From contig NC_079167.1 in the NCBI RefSeq assembly GCF_947568905.1, forward strand, positions 19,902,001-19,966,000: a stretch of 64,000 bases of DNA, in the 5' to 3' direction. The translations under genes and the position numbers were made by a program. The notes below the pieces were generated by a model. It saw nothing but the letters and a program-made list of their open reading frames with translations, was not told where the DNA came from and made no database searches. Source of the DNA: Ostrea edulis (Eukaryota). Numbering within the stretch: position 1 is the first letter of the stretch; the number at the start of each line of letters is the position of its first letter. Below are positions 38,257 through 49,672 of the stretch, piece by piece.

Positions 38257-39313
38257 AGGCTAATTTCAACCAAACTTCGCACAAAGCATCCTTCGCTGAA
38301 GGGCTTTCAAAATTGTTCAAATTAAGGGCCATGCCCCCTTAATAATAATAATAATAAAGCCTTTATTTATCCAGGATTACATATTTAGCGATAACGCTAG
38401 TTTTCAATATGGTCCTGCATATAACATACATACAGACAGATATTAGTAAAATAAACACAGATTAAAAGAAGTAGAATACATATAAACTTAAGAAATAATT
38501 ATGAATGTAAGATAAATAGAAACAAAATGAAGCTTAAAAAGTATGGTGATAATCTCTAAGATAATTTCTCTTAAAACACCCCTTCAAAGGGGAGATGATC
38601 ACAAAAATGCAAAAAGAGGGTGGGGTCATTTAAAAATCTTCTTTTCAAAAATCACTGGGCCAGAGGAGCTGAAATTTACATGAAAGCTTCCTGACATAGT
38701 GCAGATTCAAGTTTCTTTTATAAAAATCATGACCCCTGGGGATAGGATGAGGCCACAATAGGGGATCAAAGTTTTGCTTACAGATATATAGGGAAAATCT
38801 TTAAAAATCTTCTTCTCATGAAACACTGGGCCAGAAAAGCTGAGATTTACATGAAAACTTCCTGACAGCAGATTCAAGTTTGTTTAAATCATGGCCCCCG
38901 GGGGTAGGACAAGGCCACAATAGGGGATCAAAGTTTTGTATATTAATATATAGAAAAAAATCTTTAAAAATCTTCTTCCCAAGAACCACTGGGTCAGGAA
39001 AGTAGAAATTTACATGAAAGCATCTTGACATTGTGCAGATTCAAGTTTGTTAAAATCATGGCCCCGGAGGTAGGATGGGCCCACAATAGGGGATCAAAGT
39101 TTTACATAGATATATAGGGAGAAAATCTTTAAAAATCTTCTTCTCAAGAACCATTAGGCCAAAGAAGTTTACATTTACATTAAAGCTTCCTAACATAGTG
39201 CGGATTCAAATTTGTAAAAATCATGGCCCCCGGGGGTAGGTTCGGGCCACAATAGGGACCAAAGTTTTACATGTGAATATATATGGAAAATCTTTAGATA
39301 TGGGCCAAGGTGA

Positions 39314-39350
<37 letters not shown>

Positions 39351-42300
39351 AGTACTGTGTCCATTGATCTAACACAGCACTGTTCTGTTATTTTAGGACA
39401 ATACTGTAATCTAATGCAATGCTCTTCTGTTATTTTTGGACAATACCGTAATCTAACACAGTGCTGTTCTGTTATTTTAGGACAACACTGTAAGGGTGTG
39501 GAAGTTTGACCCAGATTCTGGACGGGTCACCTGTGTCGGCGTGGGCCATGGTCACACTCACATTGTGGGCACTGTAGCAATCTCCAGGTGGGTTTTTATG
39601 AATTTCTTTCTTTATTTTTAACTTCTCCATTAAATGTAAATAAAAATTTGTTCTATTGTACATTATAGCTGTATATTGCCATACAAATGAAAGTCCCATT
39701 CAACTGAATATTTTTGTCACATGACACGTTGCAATATACAAGCTTCTGTGGTAGTGTCTCTGTAAGGTAAAGAAAACAATGCACAAGCTATCCATTTGTT
39801 GCTATGCTTTATAATATTTATCCACCTGTTACTATACTACATAATATTTATCCATCTGTTGCTATGCTCTATAATATATATCCAAGTGTTGCTATGCTAT
39901 ATAATATTTATGCACCTGTTGCTATGCTATCTATTATTTATCCATCTGTTGCTATGCTATATAATATTTATCCATCTGTTGCTATGTTATATAATATTTA
40001 TCCACCTGTAACTATACTATATAATATTTATCCACCTGTTGCTATGCTATATAATATTTATCCGTCTGTTACTATGCTATATGATATATATCCAAGTGTT
40101 GCTATGCTATACAATATTTATGCACCTGTTGCTATGCTATATAATTTTTATCCATCTGTTGCAATGCCATATAATATTTATCCTCCTTTAACTATACTAT
40201 ATAATATTTATCCACCTGTTGCTATACTATACAATATTTATCCACCTGTTGCTATGTCATATGATATTTATCCATATGTTACTATGCTATAATATATATC
40301 CATCTGTTTCTATGCTATATATTTATCCACCTGTTATTATACTCTATAATATTTATCCACCTGTAACTATTCTGCATAATATTTATTCATCTGTAGCTAT
40401 GCTATATAATATTCATCCATCTGATGCAATGCCATATAATATTTATCCACATGTTGCTATGCTATATAATATTTATCCACCTGTTGCTATGCTATATGAT
40501 ATTTATTCACCTGTTACCATGCTATATTGTATTTATCCCTCTTCACTTGGATATGATCTCTATCCAATGGCCTCTCAGATACAGTGTATATGATATCTCT
40601 GTGACAGTGAATAAGAAATTATCGGTTTACCTACAGTTATCAGCAGGCTGGATTATCTCTGGTTTATGATATCTATCTTTATTATATACCCATCAATATT
40701 TTGTTTTTTGATACTTTGGATTTAGCAGTGTAATCCAGTTTTCCGGATCACCACACTGTGGTTTTCTGATTCCGTATTAGTATCCTCTGAAACTGATGAT
40801 GTCACAATGCATCAACGCAACGTTTTTTGTGGAAAATATTGACCGCGTCACAAACAAAACTGTGTACACAAAACATAATTTCACTGTATATCTGTGGTTT
40901 GATAATTTGGAGTTATATTTATTATCTTATAAATGTGGATTTAAAATGCATAAGGGAGTATATAATAAATTTATCATTACTACTGTAGTTTGATCCAAAG
41001 AGTTGGATCACGTCTTGTTGACAGGCGCGGATCATCAGATCAAACTCAACGTTACTGTAGTAATTATATATATGTATGTTTATCTACAGGTTATCGGCAG
41101 CCTGGATTATCAGTGGGGGCCAGGACTTTACCTTGAAGAAATGGAAGCTTCCCCAAATGTTGGATGAATCATCTGCTGATCTGAAGTGTACACATACAGA
41201 GAGGGTTCATGAAAAAGACATCAATTGTGTGGTGGTATCCCCTAACGATAAATACCTAGCAACAGGGTCACATGATCGCACTGCAAAGGTAATACTGTTT
41301 TTTTCATTGACAGAACTCTCGCGATGATTCATGTACTGCAGTTGTTGTGTTACATTGTGATTTGTAAGTTTTTGTCTCTGAGACAGAATTTGACATAATC
41401 TTGGAAATAAGCATCTTTTTCTCTGTGTTTAGCTGTGGAATGCAGACACTTTTTCTCTGGTTGGAGTGATGAAGGGCCACAAACGAGGAGTCTGGTGTGT
41501 CCAGTTTTCACCTGTAGACCAGGTCAGGATTTGAAATATAGATAAGGGGTCACTGTCGGGTAATGGTCAGTTTGATGCTTAATTGTGGTACAGTCTTCGA
41601 TCCAATCCAGAAGATAGGCATCCAAAATGCAAAAGATTGCAGGTTATTTCCTGGAGATTTTTTATTGACATCTTTTTGACATACTGCAACAGTGTATGGA
41701 GGAATTAAAATAGCCAAATTCTTTTTTTTTCAGTTGAAAATGACAATATTTACACATCTAAGATTTATCTTTGTGGCAATTGTTTCCATTCAGTTTGATT
41801 GTAATATGTGTATCTTTTATAATGATCTTCAATTTGTAACCTGTAGATGTATGTCAGTATATTTACAAAATAGTAAATTCAAACCATTTTATGGCCATCA
41901 CTATGTTGGCATACAGTCAAGATAAGTCAAATGACTTAGTAGAAATAACATAATAAATACAGCAGGTCTCTTGATTCTTTAAAATCAATAAATTTGTTTT
42001 CTGTGCATAAAACAAATGAACATTTTGGAGTGTTGCAATCACATGGGTTAACTTGAATGGGATCAGTACCACATTTTAAATTGAAAGTTTATCATAAAGT
42101 AATTTATTAATTACATTTTGATACTTAAAAGGAATAATTTTATAGTGATACTTATTCTTTGAAGAGATGAAAAAAAGAAAAGAATGATAGAAAAGGCACA
42201 TAAAGAATCTGATCGGTGTTTCACCCTCAGCAACTAATTTTGGCATAGTAATAGCCAGGGTGTATTGCATCACCCATATTTATAACCCCTTATTTGGGAA

Positions 42301-45300
42301 TTGGGAGGCCAAAGAAACAGAGAGAGAGAGAGAACAAACACAAGTCAATGATTAACATGGATCTGTGCTTAATCGGGTAAATCAAAGTAATATTGGGTTT
42401 GGTTTCCATTAGAAATGGCATTTTGTTATCATTTCAAATTTTGGTTATAGTGAGGGGATTTAAGAGATTTTTGACTTTTATGGAGAGACATATTTGGATG
42501 CTCAATTCCAGGGGGTTTCCCATCTTGGGAGATATGCTTTGATAACAGCTGCTAGTATTTGTTTATGTTTGCTTTTTTGTTCATTTCAGTGTATTGCCAC
42601 TTCCTCGGGAGATGGAACAATTAAAATCTGGTCTATACAGGGCTTAGAATGTCTCAAGGTTTGAATGAATAATGACATTAAGTAGACTTTTTTGAAGAGG
42701 AATATAAGAGAACTCTAAATAGACTTTAAAGATGAATAAAAGAGAACTCATTTAATAGTTCCAGAGAAATCATAGTTATAATACACAAGATGAATAAACC
42801 AGAACTCACTAGTTCCAGAGAACTTGCAGAGTCATGATACACATATAATTTATAGATCATGATGCTGTGCCTTTGATATGTTGGCTAGTTTTCATTAAAA
42901 GTTTTGAATTGTCGTTGTAGACTTTTGAGGGACATGATTGTGCAGTGCTTAGGGTGACATTCATCAATAGAGGCATGCAGCTCGTCTCATGGTGAGTAGA
43001 GTTTTTTCAACTGAATCATGAAATCTAAACCAAAACTTGTAGAGCAAATGATTATCAAATTGCTAAAGTGTTGAAAGTTACATATATCTGTACATATACA
43101 TTGTAGATGTTATTCCATAGTACTGTGGATGGGGTCATTAGATTTCGTGTACATGTTTTTCATGGGTACCTATGTTCTACAAATTTCAAACCACAATGAA
43201 ATACATAATTTGTACACTTATTTTACTGTACAGAAACCATATCAATGAAATTACATCTCAAGGAAACTGTAAAATCTCCACAATCTATGAAAATTTGGTC
43301 CCCATGAATTTAAATGATTCGATAGTATTTTTCCTTTTGAATGTTTAGAAACACTGAAGGTACAAGGTTTTTTTCGGTGAGTTTACATACAGTGTATTTT
43401 GTTTTGTACAGTGGATCAGACGGTCTTGTCAAGCTCTGGGGGATAAAGTCCAGCACTTGTATGTCTACAATGGACGAACACGAGGACAAAGTCTGGTCCA
43501 TCACTGTCAACAAAGAGGAGGATCGCATAGCAACAGGAGGAGCGGACTCCAGCATTATACTCTGGAAGGTACGTATCCTGCTAGACATGTGTCACATGAC
43601 CAGTATTGATGTCACATGATTTCCAATGAAATGTTATCTGTAGTTTATTGAGGCAGCAAGTTAAGCCCTAATATTTAGTACTGTGATAATGTTAGTGACA
43701 CGGAGTTTGACTTGTAGGAAGTAGTTTTCTGTAAAATTCAACTGAAAGAAAAATAACACAATTTTGATAGTTGAAGTTTAAGTAGTTGTTCCAAATTAGA
43801 AAGAAAACTGTTTTGGGATACATGTACAATGTGTGTTTAATTATGTACATGTACACTTTGTATGTATGTATATGTACACTGAGTGTGTATATGATGTACA
43901 CGGTATGTATGTATATGTACACTGAGTGTGTTTATGATGTACACGGTATGTATGTATATGTACACTGAGTGTGTATAGGATGTACACTTTGTATGTATGT
44001 ATATGTACACTGAGTGTGTATAGGATGTACATGGTATGTATGTATATGTACACTGAGTGTGTATAGGATGTACATGGTATGTATGTATATGTACACTGAG
44101 TGTGTATAGGATGTACACGGTATGTGTGTATATGTACACTGAGTGTGTATATGATGTACACGGTGTGTATGTACAGTGAAACTTCTCTAAACCGGCCGGC
44201 TCTCGGACCGGAAAAAACGGCCGGTTTAGAGGGATGGCCGGTATACCGAGAATTTAGCAATTATAGCCATTTTATCTCATTATTCACAAAGTAGGTACTG
44301 TTCACCTTGATCTGGTGATCTATGATCAATTATCGGTGGAGATTAAATTAGTCCGTTTGTACCTAAAGATAATTATGAATTACAAGAAATATTCTCGCTG
44401 AAATCATCTAATTTTAAACTGAAAATCTATAACAGGATACATAAAGAAAACACAGAGGCCTATTATTGGAATTCCTCTTACCTATAAAAACTCTGTTTAC
44501 ATTCATCGCTTATGTCATTAACAATTTTGTTTTGACGTTTTTAAAAAGTACAGTAGTAAATATGAAATTGTAATTTGAATATTTCTTTGGAATTTTAAGT
44601 CTATGGAAACCAAGAATATTAATCTATCTTTTAATAATTATCATTAACAGTCATGGGTTTGTTCTTTATTAACTACCGCTTATATCCATACGAAAGTATG
44701 GTGAAACAATATGGCGTTTGATATGATATTCATTCCATAATTTCCCAACTGTGTTTTACATTTTGTACAGAATTTGGAAGGGTCTCTTGGATTAGCTAAG
44801 TGTCAATTAACACCCTTGACAGCACAGGTAAACAATAGAAATTAAAGAGGCCACTAGTGTTTTTCACACCTCCAATGGATAATTTCATACCTGGCTGGTC
44901 AGTCAGTCAATTTGCACACCTGGAGGATCTTAATTAACCTTTGCCCAAGATTTTCTTGTCTTCAAAAAGTGGCCCCTATGTTAAGGGTAAATTACACATG
45001 TTTGTTAACAAATGTACTTTAAAAAGTGGCCGATGTCCGGTTTTCAGGGGTGGCCGGTTTTGTAAGACTTTCTTTGTAAGGAAATGTTAAGATTTCTGCC
45101 GGGACTTTGAAAATCGGCCGATATTCAGGGAGAACCGGTATTTTGAGGGGCCGGTTTGGAGAAGTTTCACTGTATATGTACACTGAGTGTGTATAGGATG
45201 TACATGGTATGTATGTATATGTACACTGAGTGTGTTTATGATGTACATGGTATGTATGTATATGTACACTGAGTGTGTTTATGATGTACACGGTATGTAT

Positions 45301-48300
45301 GTATATGTACACTGAGTGTGTATAGGATGTACACTTTGTATGTATGTATATGTACACTGAGTGTGTTTATGATGTACACGGTATGTATGTATATGTACAC
45401 TGAGTGTGTATAGGATGTACATGGTATGTATGTATATGTACACTGAGTGTGTATAGGATGTACACTTTGTATGTAAGTATATGTACACTGAGTGTGCTTA
45501 TGATGTACACGGTACGTCGGTACCTAATAAATTGTAATACACATTTTGATGCATCAGGATGTAACAGGAGAAGAGGTACAAAAGAAAGAATCAGAAAGAG
45601 AAGAATTCATCCTTAAGTAAGTTCTTACTGTCAGTCATCACTGAAGTTCTTACTACTCATTGTCACTCATTGCTGAAGATTCTCCTATTAAATTCGTTCA
45701 GTTCCAAGGGCAGTGACTCTCTGAATGACTGAAATGCATATTTGTTTCTTGTAGAGAACAAGAGCTCAGTAATCTACTGCAACAGAAGAAATACTTGAAG
45801 GCAATAGGCCTGGCTATCACCCTGGAACAGCCATTCAGGGTTCTCAACATTATCAAAGGTACGTCTTGGGTTTGGTACCAAAGTTCCTTCACCTTGGAGT
45901 GTTTCTTTGTTGCCACTGGGGGTATATGTTTCACAAACACATCTTGTTCTTTTTGTAGAAATTCTGTACCATCCAGATGGTAAAGCAGAACTGGAGAAGA
46001 CACTGCAGAAACTGAGACTTGATCAAATAGGTAAAAAAAATAAACATTAAGTATATTCCTAAATCTTCTGATTTCTCTTTTATTGGAAAAGAGAAGTAAA
46101 TTAACATGGCCCTGAAAATAGATTGTTCTTCACATGGGATAGTTTATGATTCGTCATGTGTGACAGGAAGTGGGTACCTCAGCATTGTGGGAGTTACCAG
46201 GTTGGAATCCTTGTTCACATGACTTTTTTAACTCTCCCATTACAGTTTGGAACCTAGCAATAAACTGTTTTAATTGTGCAATGATTTGAGCAATGCTTTT
46301 TCAATAAATAGATGTTTTGTGTGATCTATTTTTAGATTCGGTGCTGCGGTTTTCTGGTGAATGGAACACCAACAGCAGACATTGTCATGAGGCACAGTTT
46401 GTTCTCAACACTGTGTTAAAGACGTATCCTCAGGACGAAATCCTCAAGTTTCCCAACATTAAGTCCACTATGGAGTCTCTCATCCCCTACACAGGTATAG
46501 TTTAATTCTCCTCCTCCCATTTACACTGAGAACTACATAATAGAGTTAAAGGATCATATTTTAGTACCTTTAATATTTTAATTTTGATCATCGTCAACTG
46601 AATTTCTAACTACTAGGACATTCACTTGACAGGGACCATTGTCCAGCTTTTGAGTTACTGTATCAGACAGAAGTTCATTGTTGTCTGTGTTGTTGTGTAG
46701 CTTAGTTGTTTTTTACAGAGCGTCACTTCCAGAGGATGAACCGACTTCTACAGCAAGCAATGTTCCTGGAGTTTACCTGGAGTTGCATGCGGAGGGCCAC
46801 CGACAGTGCACGGTCAGTACACAAAGCAGGTCATCACACACACTCAGTACACAAAGCAGGTCATCACACTCAGTACACAAAGCAGGTCAACACACACTCA
46901 GTACACAAAGCAGGTCAACACACACTCAGTATACAAAGCAGTTCATCACACACTCAGTACACAAAGCAGGTCATCACACACTCAATACACAAAGCAGGTC
47001 ATCACACACTCAATACACAAAGCAGGTCATCACACACACTCAGTACACAAAACAGGTCATCACACACTCAGTACACAAAGCAGGTCATCACACACTCAGT
47101 ACACAAAGCAGGTCATCACACTCAGTATACAAAGCAATTCATCACACACTCAGTACACAAAGCAGGTCAACACACACTCAGTACACAAAACAGGTCATCA
47201 CACACACTCAGTATACAAAGCAGGTCATCACACACTCAGTACACAAAGCAGGTCATCACACTCAGTATACAAAGCAATTCATTACACACTCAGTACACAA
47301 AGCAGGTCATCACACACTCAATACACAAAGCAGGTCATCACAAAAGCACGGTCATTTAATTATACCTGTAATTAAACATATTTGTCCTGCAGATCAGCAG
47401 AAAATTCTCGCCAAGTCACAACACTAAATGAAGAAGAACAATTGAACATCCAAGAGCCTCATGACATGGAGTGGGGAGATAAGCCATGTAGTGATGACTC
47501 AGATTCTGTGAATTCTGGAGACAAACTGAACGCAGTGAGTGATGATGACATTTCAGAAAATGAAACAGATCAAGATGTTTCTGAATCTATGGATGCTGAA
47601 AATTCTGAACAGTCATCTTGTGATTCTAACCAACCTGAATCTGACATTGAGAATGTTAAACCTGATGAAGGGAAAGACCCTGAAACAACATCATCACATA
47701 ACACCGATTCTGAGGAATCTTCTGAATCTAGTCTGGATGTACCTCCCAGTTCAACTGTTCGAATTACGAGGGTAAGACATGTAAATATCTACATGATTAT
47801 GTGCAGTCAAACTTTATTACATTGTATCTTTAACTTCATGGGGCCCAAAAAAACTTCCAATATATCCAAGGGTTGGAGATATTGAAGTTAAGATACTTAA
47901 AGAAAATGTAGTTGGGACTTTCAACTGACTTCAACATGTCCATAGTATTTGATATATCAATGTTGGAGATACCTTTATTTCTCTACTAAAATTACCATAT
48001 GATCCAAAATAATTGGGCTTTATGGTCATTCCAGGAGTCTATCACATTTCAGCCAAATACATGTATAGATAAAAGAGCAGTGGAGAACAGTTTAGTTTCT
48101 TGTGACAGATGCTTTAGGGATTAAGAACTCTCTAAATCAACTAGCCTGTAATGATATTTACAAGCCTGTCAAAAAGAGTATCCCCTCCTGGAGAAAATGT
48201 AACATGATAATAACAGGAAATGAATTACGTTGTGTAAATGTTGATTCTAATCCCATGCTTTGTACTTGAACCACCTTACTATTATAGTTACAGGTTTATT

Positions 48301-48843
48301 CCCCCTTCCCCGGATGGTTTTTATCACCCTTGTACACTTGAAAACAATTTCATCCCTATATAAAGTTGCCCAGACACAGCTGTGTTAAAGAGCAATTATC
48401 AACTAATATGAATTCACCCAGTCTTAAATTTGCTCACTCACATCGAAGGTGAAGGTGCAAAAATGAAAAAAAAAAAGGGGGGGTAAATATATATTGCACA
48501 CTTGAAATGTAGCTATAGTACCATATAAATATTTCAGGGAAAGGACAAATTAACCCAACAACTTAAAGAAACTAACAGGGTGAAAAGGTTACAGCAAAAA
48601 ACCAGTTTGAGTGTGGAAGAGAACACAACAACAAAAAAACAGCAGACTGTGAAGGTGACAGCGAACAGGAAAAGGTCGGAGCAAATGAAGCGTGACGCTG
48701 AGGAACAGCCGGTACCTGAACAGAAACGTGTGAGGAGGTCAGTGACAAGACAGAAAGCCAGTGTCACTGAGGAAGTAACAGACAGTGTTAACAAACTGAA
48801 ACCTCTAACAAGGTCAAGGCTACAGAAGCAGAAAGGGAGATAA
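30495..48843 (+). CDS. TBL3: Transducin beta-like protein 3 (UTP13, SSU processome WD40 protein), 24 coding exons, ~1019 aa
   Basis: Phase-consistent GT-AG exons: 30495-30514, 31629-31680, 32240-32335, 33046-33093, 33674-33751, 34481-34629, 35022-35192, 35423-35498, 36872-36971, 37231-37433, 37875-38075, 39481-39587, 41090-41288, 41433-41522, 42590-42658, 42921-42991, 43412-43568, 45558-45616, 45755-45858, 45959-46030, 46336-46494, 46719-46812, 47393-47771, 48538-48843 (3060 nt). Hallmarks: MSQLKESFAVETKYEPIFTGGK, LDIQFLGPNDSHLVVATNS, GHKRGVWCVQFSPVDQ, WNTNSRHCHEAQ, YTERHFQRMNRL (Utp13 domain). Confidence 0.95.
31727..31997 (-). mobile_element. SINE in TBL3 intron 2
   Basis: (gatt)n tail followed by ...aatttaggcctatgctctgcgcttatggcc...; same family as the copies at 4231 and 11355. 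Confidence 0.8.
34745..34990. repeat. Degenerate ~36-40-bp tandem repeat in TBL3 intron 6
   Basis: Recurrent ttgtgtgaaagttttcagttaaacag, about 6 times. Confidence 0.8.
35545..36738 (+). repeat. Exon-8-junction-derived repeat: degenerate ~41-bp units, then a homogeneous 35-36-bp array (19 units, 36051-36720)
   Basis: Unit gtgtatgaggtagatcaggtaagtatgtgatacct, compared with the real junction tccatacctgtgtttgag|gtaggtca. Confidence 0.93.
38151..39348 (+). mobile_element. Helentron/HINE-type element with ~4 monomers of a ~166-180-bp Cg170-like satellite and a nested LINE 3' tail (38341-38575)
   Basis: Subterminal inverted repeats gctcatctgag / ctcaggtgagc, terminal hairpin ggcccatgggcc, then tcttgtt; monomers aaaatcttcttctcaagaaccactgggccag...aagcttcctgacatagtgcagattcaag. 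The Cg170 resemblance is from memory. Confidence 0.8.
39369..39494 (+). repeat. 42-bp triplication of the exon-12 acceptor junction
   Basis: ctaacacag(c/t)actgttctgttattttaggacaa(t/c)actgtaa three times; the third copy is the real acceptor. Confidence 0.85.
39790..40545. repeat. 30-bp tandem minisatellite, ~25 copies, TBL3 intron 12
   Basis: Unit atttatccacctgttgctatgctatataat. Confidence 0.95.
43842..45512. repeat. 43-bp tandem minisatellite in TBL3 intron 17, split by a Tc1/mariner-type MITE
   Basis: Unit gtacactgagtgtgtataggatgtacacggtatgtatgtatat on both sides of 44174-45172. Confidence 0.95.
44174..45172. mobile_element. 999-bp non-autonomous Tc1/mariner (pogo-like) element with TA TSD
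   Basis: 24-bp TIR cagtgaaacttctc(t/c)aaaccggcc (23/24 match); TA at 44172-44173 and 45173-45174. Confidence 0.9.
46813..47350. repeat. 26-30-bp tandem minisatellite filling TBL3 intron 22, ~19 copies
   Basis: Unit cagtacacaaagcaggtcatcacacact, starting at the donor GT. Confidence 0.95.
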
Positions 48844-48882
48844 CTGTTAAATGGATTTTATGAATTGAATGAATTCTAAAAT

Positions 48883-48888
48883 AATAAA
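48883..48888 (+). terminator. Candidate TBL3 polyadenylation signal
   Basis: AATAAA 40 nt after the stop codon. Confidence 0.4.
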
Positions 48889-49173
48889 TATGTATTTAAG
48901 GAATTAACAATTATTTTAGTTACAAAAAAATCTAAGTTTGGAAATTCCCCGAGATCATTCCAAGGAGATATTTTGCATTTATGGTCAAGAAAACTTCTCT
49001 AACCTACCAAAAATATATCAGATTCTACAGTGTGTATTAGAAAATGTTCTACATATATACACTTGATTAACTGCATTAAGTTTTTATATGGATATTAAAG
49101 TTTAAATACAAAGTTTTGAGACTTTATTTGATAGATAGATAGATGGACTGATCACTGTGCACAAGTACGTCTG

Positions 49174-49301
49174 TTTTTATTACGTCACAATAAATTGATC
49201 AACTTATCAGAATCAAAATCAGTAAAAATGTGAGACTTTTCCCACATTTTTACTGATTTTGATTCTGATAAGTTGATCAATTTATTGTGACATAATAAAA
49301 A
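49174..49301. repeat. Near-perfect 128-bp hairpin (59-bp arms, one mismatch, 10-nt loop)
   Basis: tttttattacgtcacaataaattgatc...aaaaatgtg, loop agacttttcc, cacatttttact...gtgacataataaaaa. Confidence 0.95.
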
Positions 49302-49365
49302 CCGTCGCGACTTAAAAAACCCATGACATCACAATTTAAAAAAAAGAGCTGTAATCAGAGCAATC

Positions 49366-49482
49366 ATGGCAAGATTCGCTAGCACTACCGATGCAGATAT
49401 TGAACAACTGTTAGAAGATAGAAATAGGAAGAACACAAACCATGTTATCTCGATGTCAGTAAAAATAATTCGGAGCTACCTA
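49366..49482 (+). pseudogene. Crypton/DUF3504-like tyrosine-recombinase protein N-terminus, truncated at the arm-2 breakpoint
   Basis: MARFASTTDADIEQLLEDRNRKNTNHVISMSVKIIRSYL fits the RFA...I..LL....KNT N-terminal pattern of Crypton-derived proteins (recognised from memory). Confidence 0.45.
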
Positions 49483-49610
49483 ACGTTTATGCTGCATTAC
49501 CGTGATGAGCATGGTGTCTAAATATTTCACCAACAGTCAATTGTTCTTAGCCAGTCGTGCGGTAAACTCAGATTACTGGTAATCTGAAACAAAAAAATAA
49601 AATACTGTAC

Positions 49611-49630
49611 CCCTCTTTCAGTTGTGACAT
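49611..49630 (-). pseudogene. Duplicated TBL3 coding exon 1 (ATG TCA CAA CTG AAA GAG GG|GT) with promoter copy at 50140-50155
   Basis: Reverse complement of 30495-30514 with one substitution and an intact GT donor; CACGTG and ACCGGAAGT retained upstream. Confidence 0.85.
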
Positions 49631-49672
49631 GACTTCATATAAGACTATCAGCTTTCTTTCATGTACATCATT

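Noticed and set aside
39796-40669. ORFs of 71-162 aa with MLYNIYPPVA repeats
   Set aside because: Translations of the 30-bp intronic minisatellite in TBL3 intron 12; no splice or start context.
43786-45616. Several His/Tyr/Thr-rich ORFs on both strands
   Set aside because: Translations of the 43-bp minisatellite.
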